DNA from: Candidatus Moanibacter sp. | GTDB taxonomy: Bacteria; Verrucomicrobiota; Verrucomicrobiia; Opitutales; UBA2987 | DNA: 64,000 bases | NCBI GenBank assembly: GCA_965215885.1 | Contig: CBDCEW010000105.1 | Location: 64,001 to 128,000, forward strand | Direction: 5' to 3' | Shown: positions 42,397 through 53,091 of the stretch, one piece after another | Numbering within the stretch: the first letter of the stretch is position 1 | How the letters are laid out: each line of letters starts with the position of its first letter | The notes under the pieces: model-generated | Seen by the model: only the letters and a program-made list of their open reading frames with translations | Told to the model about the DNA's origin: nothing | Databases searched by the model: none | Translations under genes and position numbers: made by a program

Positions 42397-43371
42397 TCAG
42401 CGGGTCTCCGGACCCTCAATCCGGTTGACCAGTTCCATGGTGTGCACAACGTCCCGGATGTCGGAAGACGGGATCGCGCGGTCTCGCACACATTGGGCAA
42501 AATGGCGATGCATCGCAAGCACTCCTTCGAAACTATCCTCGTCGGAGGGATCCCCGCCATCGAACTCCCACCCGTTCAGTTTGCGGCTCTGGTTGTCCTC
42601 GAAGATCTCGATCTCCTCCGGGAGCTTCATGTAGCAACCCACCCCCACGCCGTGCAATTCGGCCCGCAGGACCCGGCCGCCGGAAGCCCGGTTCCCCATC
42701 ACGACTCCGGTTGCCCCGCTGTCAAAGCGGATTAAGGTGGTATAACTGTTCCGGCTCTTTCCCCCAAAGCAATCCGAGAAAGCTGTTACCTCAACCGCCT
42801 CTCCTCCGGCCATGAATCGAACCAGATCCACGATGTGGCTGACGTCGTTCCACAGGGTGGTGGTAATCTCGGTCCCGTCACCCCCCAGCATCTGTTTGTT
42901 AAAACTGGCCGTTACCAGGGAAACGGGACCTTTTTTCCGCACCAGTCGCATCGCTTCGCGCGTCACGGCGGCGTACCGGCGCTGGAATCCAACCATAACA
43001 AAACGGTCGTTGGCTTTCGCCGCCTCCAATATCTGCCGGACCTCATTAATGTCTTTTCCCGGGGGCTTCTCGACGAAGAGGTGCCTGCCTGAATTGAGAA
43101 TGTCAATGGCGGGCTCGAGCAGGTACTGCTCGCGCATTACACAATAGACCACGTCCAACTCCACCGCGTCGAGCATCTCCCGGTGGTCGGAGAACGTGCG
43201 TGGAATGCGATATTTCTTCGCCGTTGCACGCAGTCGGTTCTCATCCAGCTCGCATATGGCCGCAATCTCGACATTGTCGAGTTTGCTGACACACGGGTAG
43301 TGTGCATGCAGGCTCCGATTTCCGGCGCCAACGAAACCAACGCGGAGTTTGCGCATATTGTTATTAGTCAT
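42397..43371 (-). CDS. Gfo/Idh/MocA oxidoreductase
   Basis: VGFVGAG, VEKPP, GFQRRY, DVSHIVD. Confidence 0.92.
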   Translation of the reverse strand: MTNNNMRKLRVGFVGAGNRSLHAHYPCVSKLDNVEIAAICELDENRLRATAKKYRIPRTFSDHREMLDAVELDVVYCVMREQYLLEPAIDILNSGRHLFVEKPPGKDINEVRQILEAAKANDRFVMVGFQRRYAAVTREAMRLVRKKGPVSLVTASFNKQMLGGDGTEITTTLWNDVSHIVDLVRFMAGGEAVEVTAFSDCFGGKSRNSYTTLIRFDSGATGVVMGNRASGGRVLRAELHGVGVGCYMKLPEEIEIFEDNQSRKLNGWEFDGGDPSDEDSFEGVLAMHRHFAQCVRDRAIPSSDIRDVVHTMELVNRIEGPETR

Positions 43372-43687
43372 CAGCTCAATCTGCCTTGTAGCAAAGGGGG
43401 CGGGTAGGCGGCGCCGCAGACGCCGTTCCAAAATCCCAGCGTCCGGCATGCCGGGCGATCATCCGTCATTCCCCCAGTTTATCCAACCGATTCCGATCAG
43501 TCTTTGGTCGGTCATGACGTTCTGCTGTTCATTTAAGGTCATCTGGCCGGGGCTTTTGTTGTGCTTGTGTATGCTTTACTCCTGTTGCTTGAACGTGAGT
43601 ATGGTGGATGCAGGCTTGAATAAAAACAACAAATATTCCTTCCTTTCGAAGGCGATTGAGACTATGGGGTAAGTAGAGCCTGTTCAC

Positions 43688-44746
43688 ATGACACAAGGAT
43701 ATCGGCAATTGGAGGTTAGCGGTTCGCCCAGGGAGATGGGGCATGGGATCGGCGAAGCGGCGCGGGAGGAGATCCGGGGGTTTTCGGCCGTTGCCTGGGA
43801 GAGGGCGAACCTGTCAACCCCCATCCCCCGCGAAGCCGCCATGGATGTCGCGCGTGCCTGCATCCCACTGACGGAATCTTACTGCCCTGACATGATCGCC
43901 GAAATGCGGGGCGTCGCCGAGGCTTCGGGCGAAAGTCTGGAGAACCTTATGCTGCTCAACGCAAGAAACCAGTTGCGACCCCATGCGGACGCGGGTTGCA
44001 CCTCGTTCTCGGTTACGGCCGGCAGTGGATGCACTGACGGCACGCTAACCGGTCAGAACTGGGACAACGATCCGGACCTCGACCCATTTACCCTTGTGCT
44101 GACACGGCGACCCAAAGACAAACCGGCCTTTATGACCATCACGCCGGCGGGGTTGATCGCGTATATCGGCGTGAATGATGCCGGCCTCGGCCTCTGCCTT
44201 AATTCGCTTCCGGCGCCAAGCCGAAGAACCGGGATTCCGCTGTATTTCATTCTTAGAATGATTTTCGAATGCACTTCCCTTGATGCTGCTGTGCGCGCCG
44301 CATCCGATGCGGAACGAGCCATACCCAGCAACGTCATCATGGCGACTCCCCAGGGTCCGGCCGACCTGGAAGTCACCGTTCCGGGCGTCTATGTGCTACG
44401 CGAGGAACGCAAGGGCTTAATCACGCACACCAACCATTGCCAACATACGGAGCTTCAGGACATCAATTCGGAATATGCGGAGCTTATTCAATCGCATGCG
44501 AGAAAATCCCGGGTCGACCTATTGACTTTGCGGGACGCGGAAACATTGTCCATCGCCCGTTTCAAGGAAATCCTCTCTGACCACGATGGCTATCCCCGGT
44601 CCATCTGCCGCCACCCCAACAATGATCCGGCGACCGGACACTGGCGGAGTGTATTCTCAGTCATCATAGAAGTGGACGCGGCGAAGATGCACATCTCCCG
44701 AGGAAACCCTTGCGAGACGCCGTATGAGACCTATTCGCTGAACTGA
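43688..44746 (+). CDS. C45-family Ntn-hydrolase / acyltransferase
   Basis: G-CTS autocleavage site, GQNWD, GVNDAGL, HTNH. Confidence 0.9.
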   Translation: MTQGYRQLEVSGSPREMGHGIGEAAREEIRGFSAVAWERANLSTPIPREAAMDVARACIPLTESYCPDMIAEMRGVAEASGESLENLMLLNARNQLRPHADAGCTSFSVTAGSGCTDGTLTGQNWDNDPDLDPFTLVLTRRPKDKPAFMTITPAGLIAYIGVNDAGLGLCLNSLPAPSRRTGIPLYFILRMIFECTSLDAAVRAASDAERAIPSNVIMATPQGPADLEVTVPGVYVLREERKGLITHTNHCQHTELQDINSEYAELIQSHARKSRVDLLTLRDAETLSIARFKEILSDHDGYPRSICRHPNNDPATGHWRSVFSVIIEVDAAKMHISRGNPCETPYETYSLN

Positions 44747-44844
44747 CCCCGAAATTCTCACTACCTTTTTAGCGTTTCTGAGCCTGCCCCGGTCTTGTGC
44801 CGGGGTGGCGCACGCTATACAGCTACAATAGGCGATTGCCACCG

Positions 44845-44929
44845 CCCGCCCCTCCACCGTTCCTTTCTCGCCTCAGTCCCGGCGCGACGCGCCGGGACTG
44901 AGGCGAGAAAGGAACGGTGGAGGGGCGGG
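44845..44929. repeat. Perfect 42-bp-arm palindrome inside nested inverted repeats
   Basis: CCCGCCCCTCCACCGTTCCTTTCTCGCCTCAGTCCCGGCGCG-A-exact reverse complement. Confidence 0.9.
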
Positions 44930-45300
44930 TAGAAGCACACGGCTGATAGCAGGGAACGCGCGACACCCCGGCGCAAGACCCATAATTACGAAATTGGGTT
45001 GGAGAACCCAAAGTAAATGTTATTCAGGCACTTGCAAGATTCTATTGATTACATAGTATGCCAGAATGGAGTTTCAACGATTGTAGTGTGTGGGTTCGTT
45101 AGAGGTAGAGAGCTTTTCCTGCAGGTTTGTTTTCAGTTAGAAACTTGTTGAGTATTAATCAGTTACAAAAGCGCTTTGAACGGGGAGTTGATTTCTGGGG
45201 GCAATTGAGTAGAAGCGAAGGGAGCTGGAGAAAGTTGGTATTGGCATTGTATGTAAAATAGAGTTTGCAGTTTTGCCTCCTTTCCATACTGTGCCGGTGC

Positions 45301-46017
45301 ATGCAAGAAGAGCTTTCGCGTAAAGAGAGGGAGGTGGTCGAAGCGGTACGGCGGGATCGGGTAAGCACGGTGTGGAGGCTGATGAAGGAGCAGAGGGTGT
45401 CGCGGCGAACGGTCTATCGGGCTTTGCAAAAATATGGCCATTACTCCAGTTACAATGCCAATTGTGGCTACCTGAGCTTGAAAGACATTCCGCGCTTTGA
45501 CGGGGCCGGTTTGTGGCGTTTTCGCAAGGGGCGCTTTTCGCGCCACGGCACCTTGGAGGAGACCGTGGAGGCGGTGGTGGGAGCTTCGCTTTGCGGCTAC
45601 ACGGTGGCTGAGTTGGAGACCCTCCTTGGGGTACGGGTGCACAACCCCATAAGCGTGCTTTGTAGAAAGAAGCGGTTGAGTCGATACTATGAAGGGCGTC
45701 ACTGCGTGTATGTCTCGGCCGGGGAACAGGGCGGGGCCGAACAGAAAAAGCGGCGGCAAGGGCGAAGAACAGCGGCACAAGTTCAGGCAGGGGACCCCGG
45801 GGGCGCTTTGCAGGCAGCTCCCGAAGGGCTCGAAACGATGGTCGTGATCGCTTTGCTGGTCGCCTGTATCGGCCATCCCGAGGCCGGGGTCAAGGAGCTT
45901 GTCGAGCTTATGCAAGAGCAGGGAGTAGAGCTGAGCGGGGAGCAAATTGAGCGGGTGATGGCGTTTTACTCGCTCAAAAAAAACCGGACCGATCGCGGTA
46001 GCGGAGCTGTTACATGA
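45301..46017 (+). CDS. OrfA, HTH-type protein of the IS-like element
   Basis: VSRRTVYRAL HTH, SYNxN...IPRFDGAGLW...FSRHGTL; A8 run near the 3' end. Confidence 0.7.
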   Translation: MQEELSRKEREVVEAVRRDRVSTVWRLMKEQRVSRRTVYRALQKYGHYSSYNANCGYLSLKDIPRFDGAGLWRFRKGRFSRHGTLEETVEAVVGASLCGYTVAELETLLGVRVHNPISVLCRKKRLSRYYEGRHCVYVSAGEQGGAEQKKRRQGRRTAAQVQAGDPGGALQAAPEGLETMVVIALLVACIGHPEAGVKELVELMQEQGVELSGEQIERVMAFYSLKKNRTDRGSGAVT

Positions 46018-46018
46018 T

Positions 46019-47836
46019 TTGCGGGCAGAGGCTGAACGGGCCCTGCAAACGGTGGGGGCTGTGCCTGCGCAAACGAGTTATCGCTTCGATGCCCGGGAGG
46101 ACGAAGAGGGTCCTTCAGAGGTGCGCAAGACCCTGCGCCGCAAGGTGGTCAGTTTCTCCTATGGATGCTTCCAGGCGGTGGAAGTTGTGCGCGAGCAGGG
46201 GCAAGGGAGCCACCGCAACAGCTACCGTTCTGCTCGCCTGGAACAGATCGTGCCCTCGCATAGTCGCTACGCTTACGATCTGATTGCCTATGTGGGCAAG
46301 CGATGTTTGTGCGAAAGCGCCACCCTCAAAGAGGTGCACAGGGAACTGCGCGAGGGCCCGGGGCAGCTGCAGATTGCTCAAAGCAGCCTCTATGAGATGC
46401 AGCAGAAGTTTCTTTTTTATCTGGGTCGGCTGCACGCCGCGGCCGCTCCGGTGCTTAAAGATTACCTGAGCGCTCGCCCTTGCCTGCGCTGGCTGGTGGA
46501 TGGGACCGTGGAACCGCAGACGCCGGTTTTCTTCGCTGTTCAGGAAGCCGACGAAGGGATCCTTTTGGGCAGCTGGAAAATGCCTTCCGAACAGAGCGAA
46601 ACGATCAGTGGCTGTTTTGCCCGGGCGGCCCGGGCTTTTGGCCAACCCCACCATGTCTATCATGATTTAAGCGCTCAGATCAGCAAGGCCTGCGAGAGCG
46701 AAACCTTCCAGGCCCCCCATGGCGTCTGCCATTATCATTTCGCCCGCAATGTGGGCGAACAGCTTTATCGAAAACCCCAGCAGATGCTCAACGGGCGCTT
46801 GCGGCAATTGAAGCTCATGGAGCGCATGCGCGAGCAACGCAAACACATCACCGCAAAGCTCCGTGACGCCCTCCGTGAAAAACACGCCCTCGTCCTGGCC
46901 GATTTGCTCACCGCCAAAGCGCTCGCAGTGCCCTTCGATCCCACCCTTGCACGGGAACTGCTCATGGCCCTGCAATTGTGGATTTTGGATTATCCCTGCG
47001 ACGGTCACCGCCAGGGCTTTCCCTTCGATCCTTACCTGCTTTATTGGCATCGGCGGGTCGTGCGCGCCCATGCCGCCCTGGAGCAGTGGCTTGCCCGCGC
47101 TCCTGCCAGTTGCTCTGTTCTGCGAAGCTTCTTTCATCTTTCGACCGGGTTGAAGCAGTATCTGGCTGATGCCCTCGTCATCGAAGCCGCTACTATCTAT
47201 GAAAACGCTTTTTGCATTTTCAGCGCTTTGCGCGATGCCCTTTGGCTCAGCGCCAGCGGCCCCTGCCCTTTAAGCGACCCTTATCTGTTGCAAGCAGGAC
47301 AAGCCGCTGAGCTCACCGAGGCTCTCCAGTTGCTGCGTGCCCAATATCGCCAAAAAGGCGCCTCCCTGACCAACCCCTCGAAAGCCAAACTCTACCGCAC
47401 CGTGGTCACTCATCTGGACAAATACTGGCAGCGGCTGCTTCCCCCACCGGCCCATCCAGACAGCGTACGCACGACCAATGAGCTGGAAGGCACCTGGCGC
47501 ACCTCCAAGCGCAAACGCCGTCAAACCCACGGGCGCAAAAATCTGACGCGCGACTTTGAAGCGCTCCCCGAAGAATACATGCTCCTGGCCAACTTACACA
47601 ATCCCCGCTATGTGGAGCTGGTTTTAGGCAGTATCGATAATCTGCCCCAAAAGCTTGCCCAGGCTGCACAGAAAGCACCCCCCTTCAGTCACTGGCGGGC
47701 GAACAGAAAAACCCTCGCCGTGGGTCGATTGCCCAAAAAGCTCCTGCGAAAAGAAAACTTCCTTGAGGAACTCTTCGAAGTCTGTAATCGCCAGGATCAA
47801 TCCTTAAACCCGCAACCCCATCGGATTGCCTCCTGA
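46019..47836 (+). CDS. OrfB, putative DDE transposase
   Basis: LVDGT, YHDL, CHYHF (CxxH), RTTNELEG. Frame is open back to the A8 run at 45976-45983. Confidence 0.7.
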   Translation: MRAEAERALQTVGAVPAQTSYRFDAREDEEGPSEVRKTLRRKVVSFSYGCFQAVEVVREQGQGSHRNSYRSARLEQIVPSHSRYAYDLIAYVGKRCLCESATLKEVHRELREGPGQLQIAQSSLYEMQQKFLFYLGRLHAAAAPVLKDYLSARPCLRWLVDGTVEPQTPVFFAVQEADEGILLGSWKMPSEQSETISGCFARAARAFGQPHHVYHDLSAQISKACESETFQAPHGVCHYHFARNVGEQLYRKPQQMLNGRLRQLKLMERMREQRKHITAKLRDALREKHALVLADLLTAKALAVPFDPTLARELLMALQLWILDYPCDGHRQGFPFDPYLLYWHRRVVRAHAALEQWLARAPASCSVLRSFFHLSTGLKQYLADALVIEAATIYENAFCIFSALRDALWLSASGPCPLSDPYLLQAGQAAELTEALQLLRAQYRQKGASLTNPSKAKLYRTVVTHLDKYWQRLLPPPAHPDSVRTTNELEGTWRTSKRKRRQTHGRKNLTRDFEALPEEYMLLANLHNPRYVELVLGSIDNLPQKLAQAAQKAPPFSHWRANRKTLAVGRLPKKLLRKENFLEELFEVCNRQDQSLNPQPHRIAS

Positions 47837-48195
47837 CAACGACTCCAGTGCCCTCCCTCTGCTCCCCATTTTCTTCATGCTCTAACCAGAGAACTCCACG
47901 CAATTTGCGTGCCAACCGAAATTCAGAACGATGGGCACAAGACCGGGGCAGCCAGCAATCGAAGCATGACGCTAAACACGTACAAATCTCACAGATTTTC
48001 GGGGTAGCGGGGAACGAGGGTTCGCTGTTTGCCGGCCGTATCATCCAGTTATCCACAAAATTTCGAATGTCGGCGAGCGGACGTAGGACCGAGTTTTTCG
48101 CAGAGCCTGAGCACAGTCGAAGGGCGTATGATGAATCGAACGGGTTGCGACACTTAGTTCCTACCCTTCGTCGGGAACACTTAGTCTATCCAGTT

Positions 48196-48570
48196 AGGAA
48201 TCTGTCGGACTTAGCATTCTAAACACCCCTGTAGTACGGATTCTTAGGTGACAGATGGAGTTTCCGACGAAGTTCAGACCGACAGATTCCTTCGAAGAAA
48301 ATGAATCTGAGATTTGAGACTGTGTGTTAGAACGATTGCGTCTTTGGCTAAGTTTCTTCCGACAAAAAGCTGTGGTCATTGAATTAATCGTCTCAAAATG
48401 GCTCAAAGCGCGCCCGCTGGAAAATACCTCGATCACTTCTCCCCAAATCTCAGATTCATTTTCTTATTGTTAGCAGCCTGTCGGAATGAAGCCGATTAAA
48501 TCTTTCGAAAGAGACAAAAACCCCGACAGGCTGTTAGTCCGAGCAAAAGCCAATCGACTAGGTGGAGGGA
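48196..48570. repeat. Stack of MITE-like inverted-repeat elements
   Basis: AGGAATCTGTCGG/CCGACAGATTCCT; AAGAAAATGAATCTGAGATTTG/CAAATCTCAGATTCATTTTCTT; CAGCCTGTCGG/CCGACAGGCTG. Confidence 0.7.
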
Positions 48571-49028
48571 CGAAGTGTGATGGACGAAGGGTGGCGACTA
48601 AGGGTTTTGCCCGATCCTGGGGCAAGAGGAGTGCAAGAATCTTCTTTGACTTGCCCACTTTGCCGGCAAGGCGGATCCACCCGAACCGATTCAATCCGTT
48701 TCCACTCATCAACAGCGGGTGTACATGTCCAATTTTGCAAAGTTGTTTGTCTGTTATTGGCATATACTAAGTGTTCTCCGCCATGGTATAGTCTATTTTG
48801 GACCCTAACCTAAGTAACGTGTATAACCCAACCTTGTCGATATCTTAGAAACCCTAAAACTGCCCGGGGGTTCTTGATGCCTCTGAATATCTGAAAATGA
48901 CAAGAGCATGCTGCATGCCGGTTAAACACGACTCCCAAGCGCTCTTTTTAACATCCTTAATCACTCGGTCGACGCTAAGTGGAAAAGGATAATCGAAAAC
49001 CGTAATGACCCAGTAGAAAGAGATCCCC

Positions 49029-51554
49029 ATGAGTTACCTGGAATTGAAAAATTGGAAAACGAAAAGTATTGCGAGATTATTGGCTCTGGCGCTAATATCA
49101 ATAGTTCCGGCCACGGTTGCTTCAGCCCAGTCCGAAGCCGAATCGGACCGTGAACAGAGCGCGCAGGCCAAAGAAAAGGCTGAGGAGCTGGTTATCCTCT
49201 CTGAGTTCGAAGTCGTATCGAAGCGGGACCATGGCTACCGGGCGACGTTTACGAGCACCGCGACGAAGATATGGGATGAAGATATCAACGTTCCCATTGT
49301 CGTTTCGACGATTACGCGGGAATTTCTCGACGATTTGCAGGTGGACGACGTTCGCAAATCGCTCGACTACACGTCCGGGGTGTTCAGCAACCGTCGGGAC
49401 ACCGCCGGTCCGCTGTATATCCGGGGTTTTACCGCAAACGCGGTTTACCGCGACGGCTATGACCAACTCAGCGCAGCCTATCCGAATTCAGCCAACGTGG
49501 ACCGGATCGAGGTCGTCAAGGGTCCGGTGTCGGCATTTTTCGGGTTAGCCAGTCCGGGGGGAATCATCAACTATATTACGAAAAAGCCGCAGTTTATTGA
49601 GGGAGGATCGGTGGAATTTACCTACGGGAGTTACGATTATCTGCGCGCCTTGTTGGACTATCAGACTCGGGTCGGGGACCAATTGGGGGTTCGCCTCGTA
49701 GCGGAGTGGACCGACCAGGACGATTGGCGGCAGTATGCTGAGATAGAGCGAACCTTTATCGCGCCGTCGATTCTCTGGCGGCCCACAGAAAAAATCGATG
49801 TGTTGGTGCAATACGAGTACACCGATTTATTCCGCGCGGAACCGAGAGCCTTCACCCAGGTCAATCCCCAGTTTTTCGATGAATACGCAAACCCTCCGGC
49901 CGACGCCGTCGCCTATTACAAGGACCAACAGGGCTTCGCCACGGACGCCGAAACGGTAGACTGGCTTCGTGATCCTACTGTATCAAGTAGATGGTATAAC
50001 CGAACCCACAGATGGAGTCAGATGGTTGAGCCAGTGCGCGGGGGAAACAACATTTTTGCCTGGGACCAGCCGGCGGCTATCGCACGAGTCAAGAGAGATA
50101 CACCCTCGCCATATACGCCGCTTTCCGGCGATATCTGGGACAAGCTGAGTTTCAATCCCGCGGGGCCGGATACGGGTTTGTGGAAAGAGGTGCACTACGT
50201 CAATACCGCAGTTCGCGTCCGCCCAGCCGAATGGATGGAAGCTCGCGTGGCGTTTAATTACTTCAAAAACGACGAACGGAACATGAATAACGCCACCATC
50301 TTCAGGGGCACGGGCGAATATGCTTCGCGGTTGAGACATTTTTACAGGGGGCACAAATGGATAACCGTTCAGGCCGACCTCGTGCTCAAGAAGGATTTTT
50401 CCTGGATCAAGAACAAGCTTCTCGTTGGCTACCAGTACGACAAAAACCGGGAATACCGGGTGAATGCTCCTTTTGATTTCACCAATGTTACTCCCCAGGT
50501 CGGGCGTGGCGGCGTCCTCCTCACCGGGCAGGACGTGTTCAATAATTACGATCCTACGATCATGCCCCCGTTACGGCAGGGCGAGGCGGTCACCTTCCTG
50601 AGTGGCCCGTTTGATTATGGGGATGCTAGAGAGATCGTTGGTTTCTACGCATTGCATCGCGGGGTTCTTTTCAATGACAGGTTGCACACCATGCTGGGGG
50701 TTCGACACGAATATGAGAAGGGGACGGACACGAAGGGTACCGTGCCGACCTTGGGATTGAATTTTCATTTTGCGGACGGCTTCGCCTTTTTCGCCAGCTA
50801 CAGCGAGAATTTTCGCCCCAACTTCGGTGCCAATATTACCGGCCCCAACGCGGAGTCGGATCCCGGATATGTCGCGATCCTGCCGAATGAACGCGGGGTC
50901 GGGCTCGACATTGGACTCAAAACTAACTGGATGAACGATAAACTCTCCGGCACCATCACGTATTTCCAGGTCGAGCGTGATAATATCAGGCGCCAAGATT
51001 GGTTGGCGGGTCTCAACGATCCCCGAAACTCGGACACTGATGACACCAACAATCTCCGCTTTTATGGCGTAAGCGGTTTGGAGCGGAGTCAAGGGATCGA
51101 AGTGGACCTGATCTGGACGCCCACGGAAAATTATCAATTGCTGTTCAGTTGGGGTTGGATGTGGGAAGCCGAAATCGTGAGTAATCCGCAATGGGCCGAG
51201 GACGACCTGAACCGGGTGATCCAGATTGGGCGCCGGGCGGACGGCGCCCCTGAGCACATGTTATCGGTCTGGAACAAATACACCTTCGCGAAAGGACCTC
51301 TGGAAGGTCTGAGTCTGGGTTTAGGAGCACACCATACCAGCTCGCAAGGGCAGAATTTCGGCCTTCGCTTTTACAACTCGTTTTCCGAGGCTGCCACGAT
51401 TGTCGATGCCATGGTTGGGTACACCACAACGGTGTTTGAGCGCCGCACCAGCTTCAATTTGACGGTCAGAAATCTGACCGATGAATTCTACACTCTCGGA
51501 ACCGATTATAACGAACCCATTAAGTTCTGGTTTAAGATCAAGGTAGAAATCTGA
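49029..51554 (+). CDS. TonB-dependent receptor
   Basis: Signal peptide, plug (IRGF, RDG, DRIEVVKGP, PGGIINYITKKP), NLTDEFY, beta-strand C-terminus. Confidence 0.93.
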   Translation: MSYLELKNWKTKSIARLLALALISIVPATVASAQSEAESDREQSAQAKEKAEELVILSEFEVVSKRDHGYRATFTSTATKIWDEDINVPIVVSTITREFLDDLQVDDVRKSLDYTSGVFSNRRDTAGPLYIRGFTANAVYRDGYDQLSAAYPNSANVDRIEVVKGPVSAFFGLASPGGIINYITKKPQFIEGGSVEFTYGSYDYLRALLDYQTRVGDQLGVRLVAEWTDQDDWRQYAEIERTFIAPSILWRPTEKIDVLVQYEYTDLFRAEPRAFTQVNPQFFDEYANPPADAVAYYKDQQGFATDAETVDWLRDPTVSSRWYNRTHRWSQMVEPVRGGNNIFAWDQPAAIARVKRDTPSPYTPLSGDIWDKLSFNPAGPDTGLWKEVHYVNTAVRVRPAEWMEARVAFNYFKNDERNMNNATIFRGTGEYASRLRHFYRGHKWITVQADLVLKKDFSWIKNKLLVGYQYDKNREYRVNAPFDFTNVTPQVGRGGVLLTGQDVFNNYDPTIMPPLRQGEAVTFLSGPFDYGDAREIVGFYALHRGVLFNDRLHTMLGVRHEYEKGTDTKGTVPTLGLNFHFADGFAFFASYSENFRPNFGANITGPNAESDPGYVAILPNERGVGLDIGLKTNWMNDKLSGTITYFQVERDNIRRQDWLAGLNDPRNSDTDDTNNLRFYGVSGLERSQGIEVDLIWTPTENYQLLFSWGWMWEAEIVSNPQWAEDDLNRVIQIGRRADGAPEHMLSVWNKYTFAKGPLEGLSLGLGAHHTSSQGQNFGLRFYNSFSEAATIVDAMVGYTTTVFERRTSFNLTVRNLTDEFYTLGTDYNEPIKFWFKIKVEI

Positions 51555-51599
51555 ATCACTGAACTTGATCGATTCTGCTGATAAAGCATACGGCGTTAG

Positions 51600-51645
51600 A
51601 ATCGCCGGGATGGGTTTCTCGACTCCATCCCGGCGATTTCGTTTT
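51600..51645 (+). terminator. Probable intrinsic terminator
   Basis: AATCGCCGGGATGG-loop-CCATCCCGGCGATT followed by TCGTTTT. Confidence 0.55.
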
Positions 51646-51693
51646 CGAATATCGCGCATTTCGACCTTTTGAGATCGTGCTGCGGCTGATACC

Positions 51694-51875
51694 CTAGCCC
51701 GAACATTTCACAAACCTTCTACTACGACGACGGATCTCACAGCGTGTCAATGCCTTCCTTTGCCCGACGACCTCAGAGGATCTCAACACACTGTCGCCCG
51801 CCGTGCTTCGAAAAGGCATTGACACGCAACGATCTACGCCGTCTCGCTACGAAGTGTGTGAAATGTCCGGGCTAG
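51694..51875. mobile_element. 182-bp MITE, copy A
   Basis: CTAGCCCGAACATTTCACA...TGTGAAATGTCCGGGCTAG. Confidence 0.85.
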
Positions 51876-51991
51876 CAGCCTCTTGATTTTGGTGAGAACG
51901 AACTCAAAATAGTTGGAACTTGGGAGTCGTGCATTGACGTAATCCAAAACCAATTTTAAGAAATACAGCCTTAAATTGGAATATCCGTGAT

Positions 51992-53041
51992 ATGACACTA
52001 AATGAGGTGAAGAACGACATTTTTCGAGAAACGGGCTTCCTGGTGGTGCGCAACCTGTTTTCTCGATACGAGACCGAAAAACTGCGCGACCGAGCTGACG
52101 ACATCGGCCGCAATCTTGGAGAATACGTAAAAAACGACCGCGAAGTTTGCGAACGTCGCCGCCAGGCGAACGGAATTGAGATCCTGGATGCGAGTTATAG
52201 CGACCGCGTTGCGGGAGCGGTCGAAAATCAGCAGGAAGTCAAAATCACCGACCGGCACGCGCGCCGGGGTACGCACGTTTATCCTCTGCGCGAGCACGCA
52301 GTCGATCCTGAGGAGATGAAGCGGTTGCAGGATCCTTCCATTCACCCGTTCAACGGAGCGGACGTAGGTGCGGTAATTCGTCTCGCTGACCACGATGAAC
52401 TATACCTATCCTTCCTCACTCATCCCAACCTTGTCGACAGCATCGGCGAGTTACTTGGCCCCAACGTGAAGATGTGGCACGACCATATATTCAGTAAACC
52501 GCCCCTGAATGATTCCGGGGCCTACCACGGCGCCAATCGCTACCACCAGGATGGATTCCTTTATTTCGAACCGCTGCATGAAGAACAGGAGACAGGAGGC
52601 CCGGGACAACTTCACAGCAGCCTGAGGAGTGTGACCTGCTGGATCGCCCTCGATGAGGTGACCGAGGACCATGGCTGCTTGCGCTATATCCCGCTGAGAG
52701 AAAATTACGGTCAGTTCGACTTCGACAAGGTAGCCAACGGCATCACTCCTGATCACCTTTCCCGGGAAGAGCTGACGCCTCTAGAGCCGGGCGATGCCGT
52801 CTTTCACGACCATTGGACGATTCACGGCACCGGCCCCAATGAAGCGCGCACCATGCGCCGAGGATGGTCCTTGCACTTCACGGACGCTGAATCGCGTTAC
52901 GCCGACGTTGCCAACCATCCGAACCGCCTGAAGAAGATACTCAAACAGACCCCGGACGGCACGCACTTCATGAACGGAAACATCCTTGGGAATCTCAAAT
53001 TTCAGCTGGTCTGCGGGCGCGAGTTCCCCGGAGGGATATAG
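51992..53041 (+). CDS. PhyH-family dioxygenase with insertions
   Basis: FRETGFL, IFSKPP, YHQD, WIALD, GCL, IHGTGPN....RR. Confidence 0.88.
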   Translation: MTLNEVKNDIFRETGFLVVRNLFSRYETEKLRDRADDIGRNLGEYVKNDREVCERRRQANGIEILDASYSDRVAGAVENQQEVKITDRHARRGTHVYPLREHAVDPEEMKRLQDPSIHPFNGADVGAVIRLADHDELYLSFLTHPNLVDSIGELLGPNVKMWHDHIFSKPPLNDSGAYHGANRYHQDGFLYFEPLHEEQETGGPGQLHSSLRSVTCWIALDEVTEDHGCLRYIPLRENYGQFDFDKVANGITPDHLSREELTPLEPGDAVFHDHWTIHGTGPNEARTMRRGWSLHFTDAESRYADVANHPNRLKKILKQTPDGTHFMNGNILGNLKFQLVCGREFPGGI

Positions 53042-53091
53042 GTGATCCGCCTTCGTCGTTCGCCTTGACCCATCCAGCCCGCTTCAACTGA

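Larger units (their letters stand above)
44981..47933 (+). mobile_element. Unclassified two-ORF IS-like element
   Basis: Imperfect IRs CATAATTACGAAATTGGGTTGG / CATCGTTCTGAATTTCGGTTGG (rc). 11-bp direct repeat GGCGCAAGACC / GGCACAAGACC. Confidence 0.75.

Noticed and set aside
48049..48057. DnaA box TTATCCACA suggesting an origin
   Set aside because: It is a single box, with no cluster, no AT-rich unwinding element and no replication genes.
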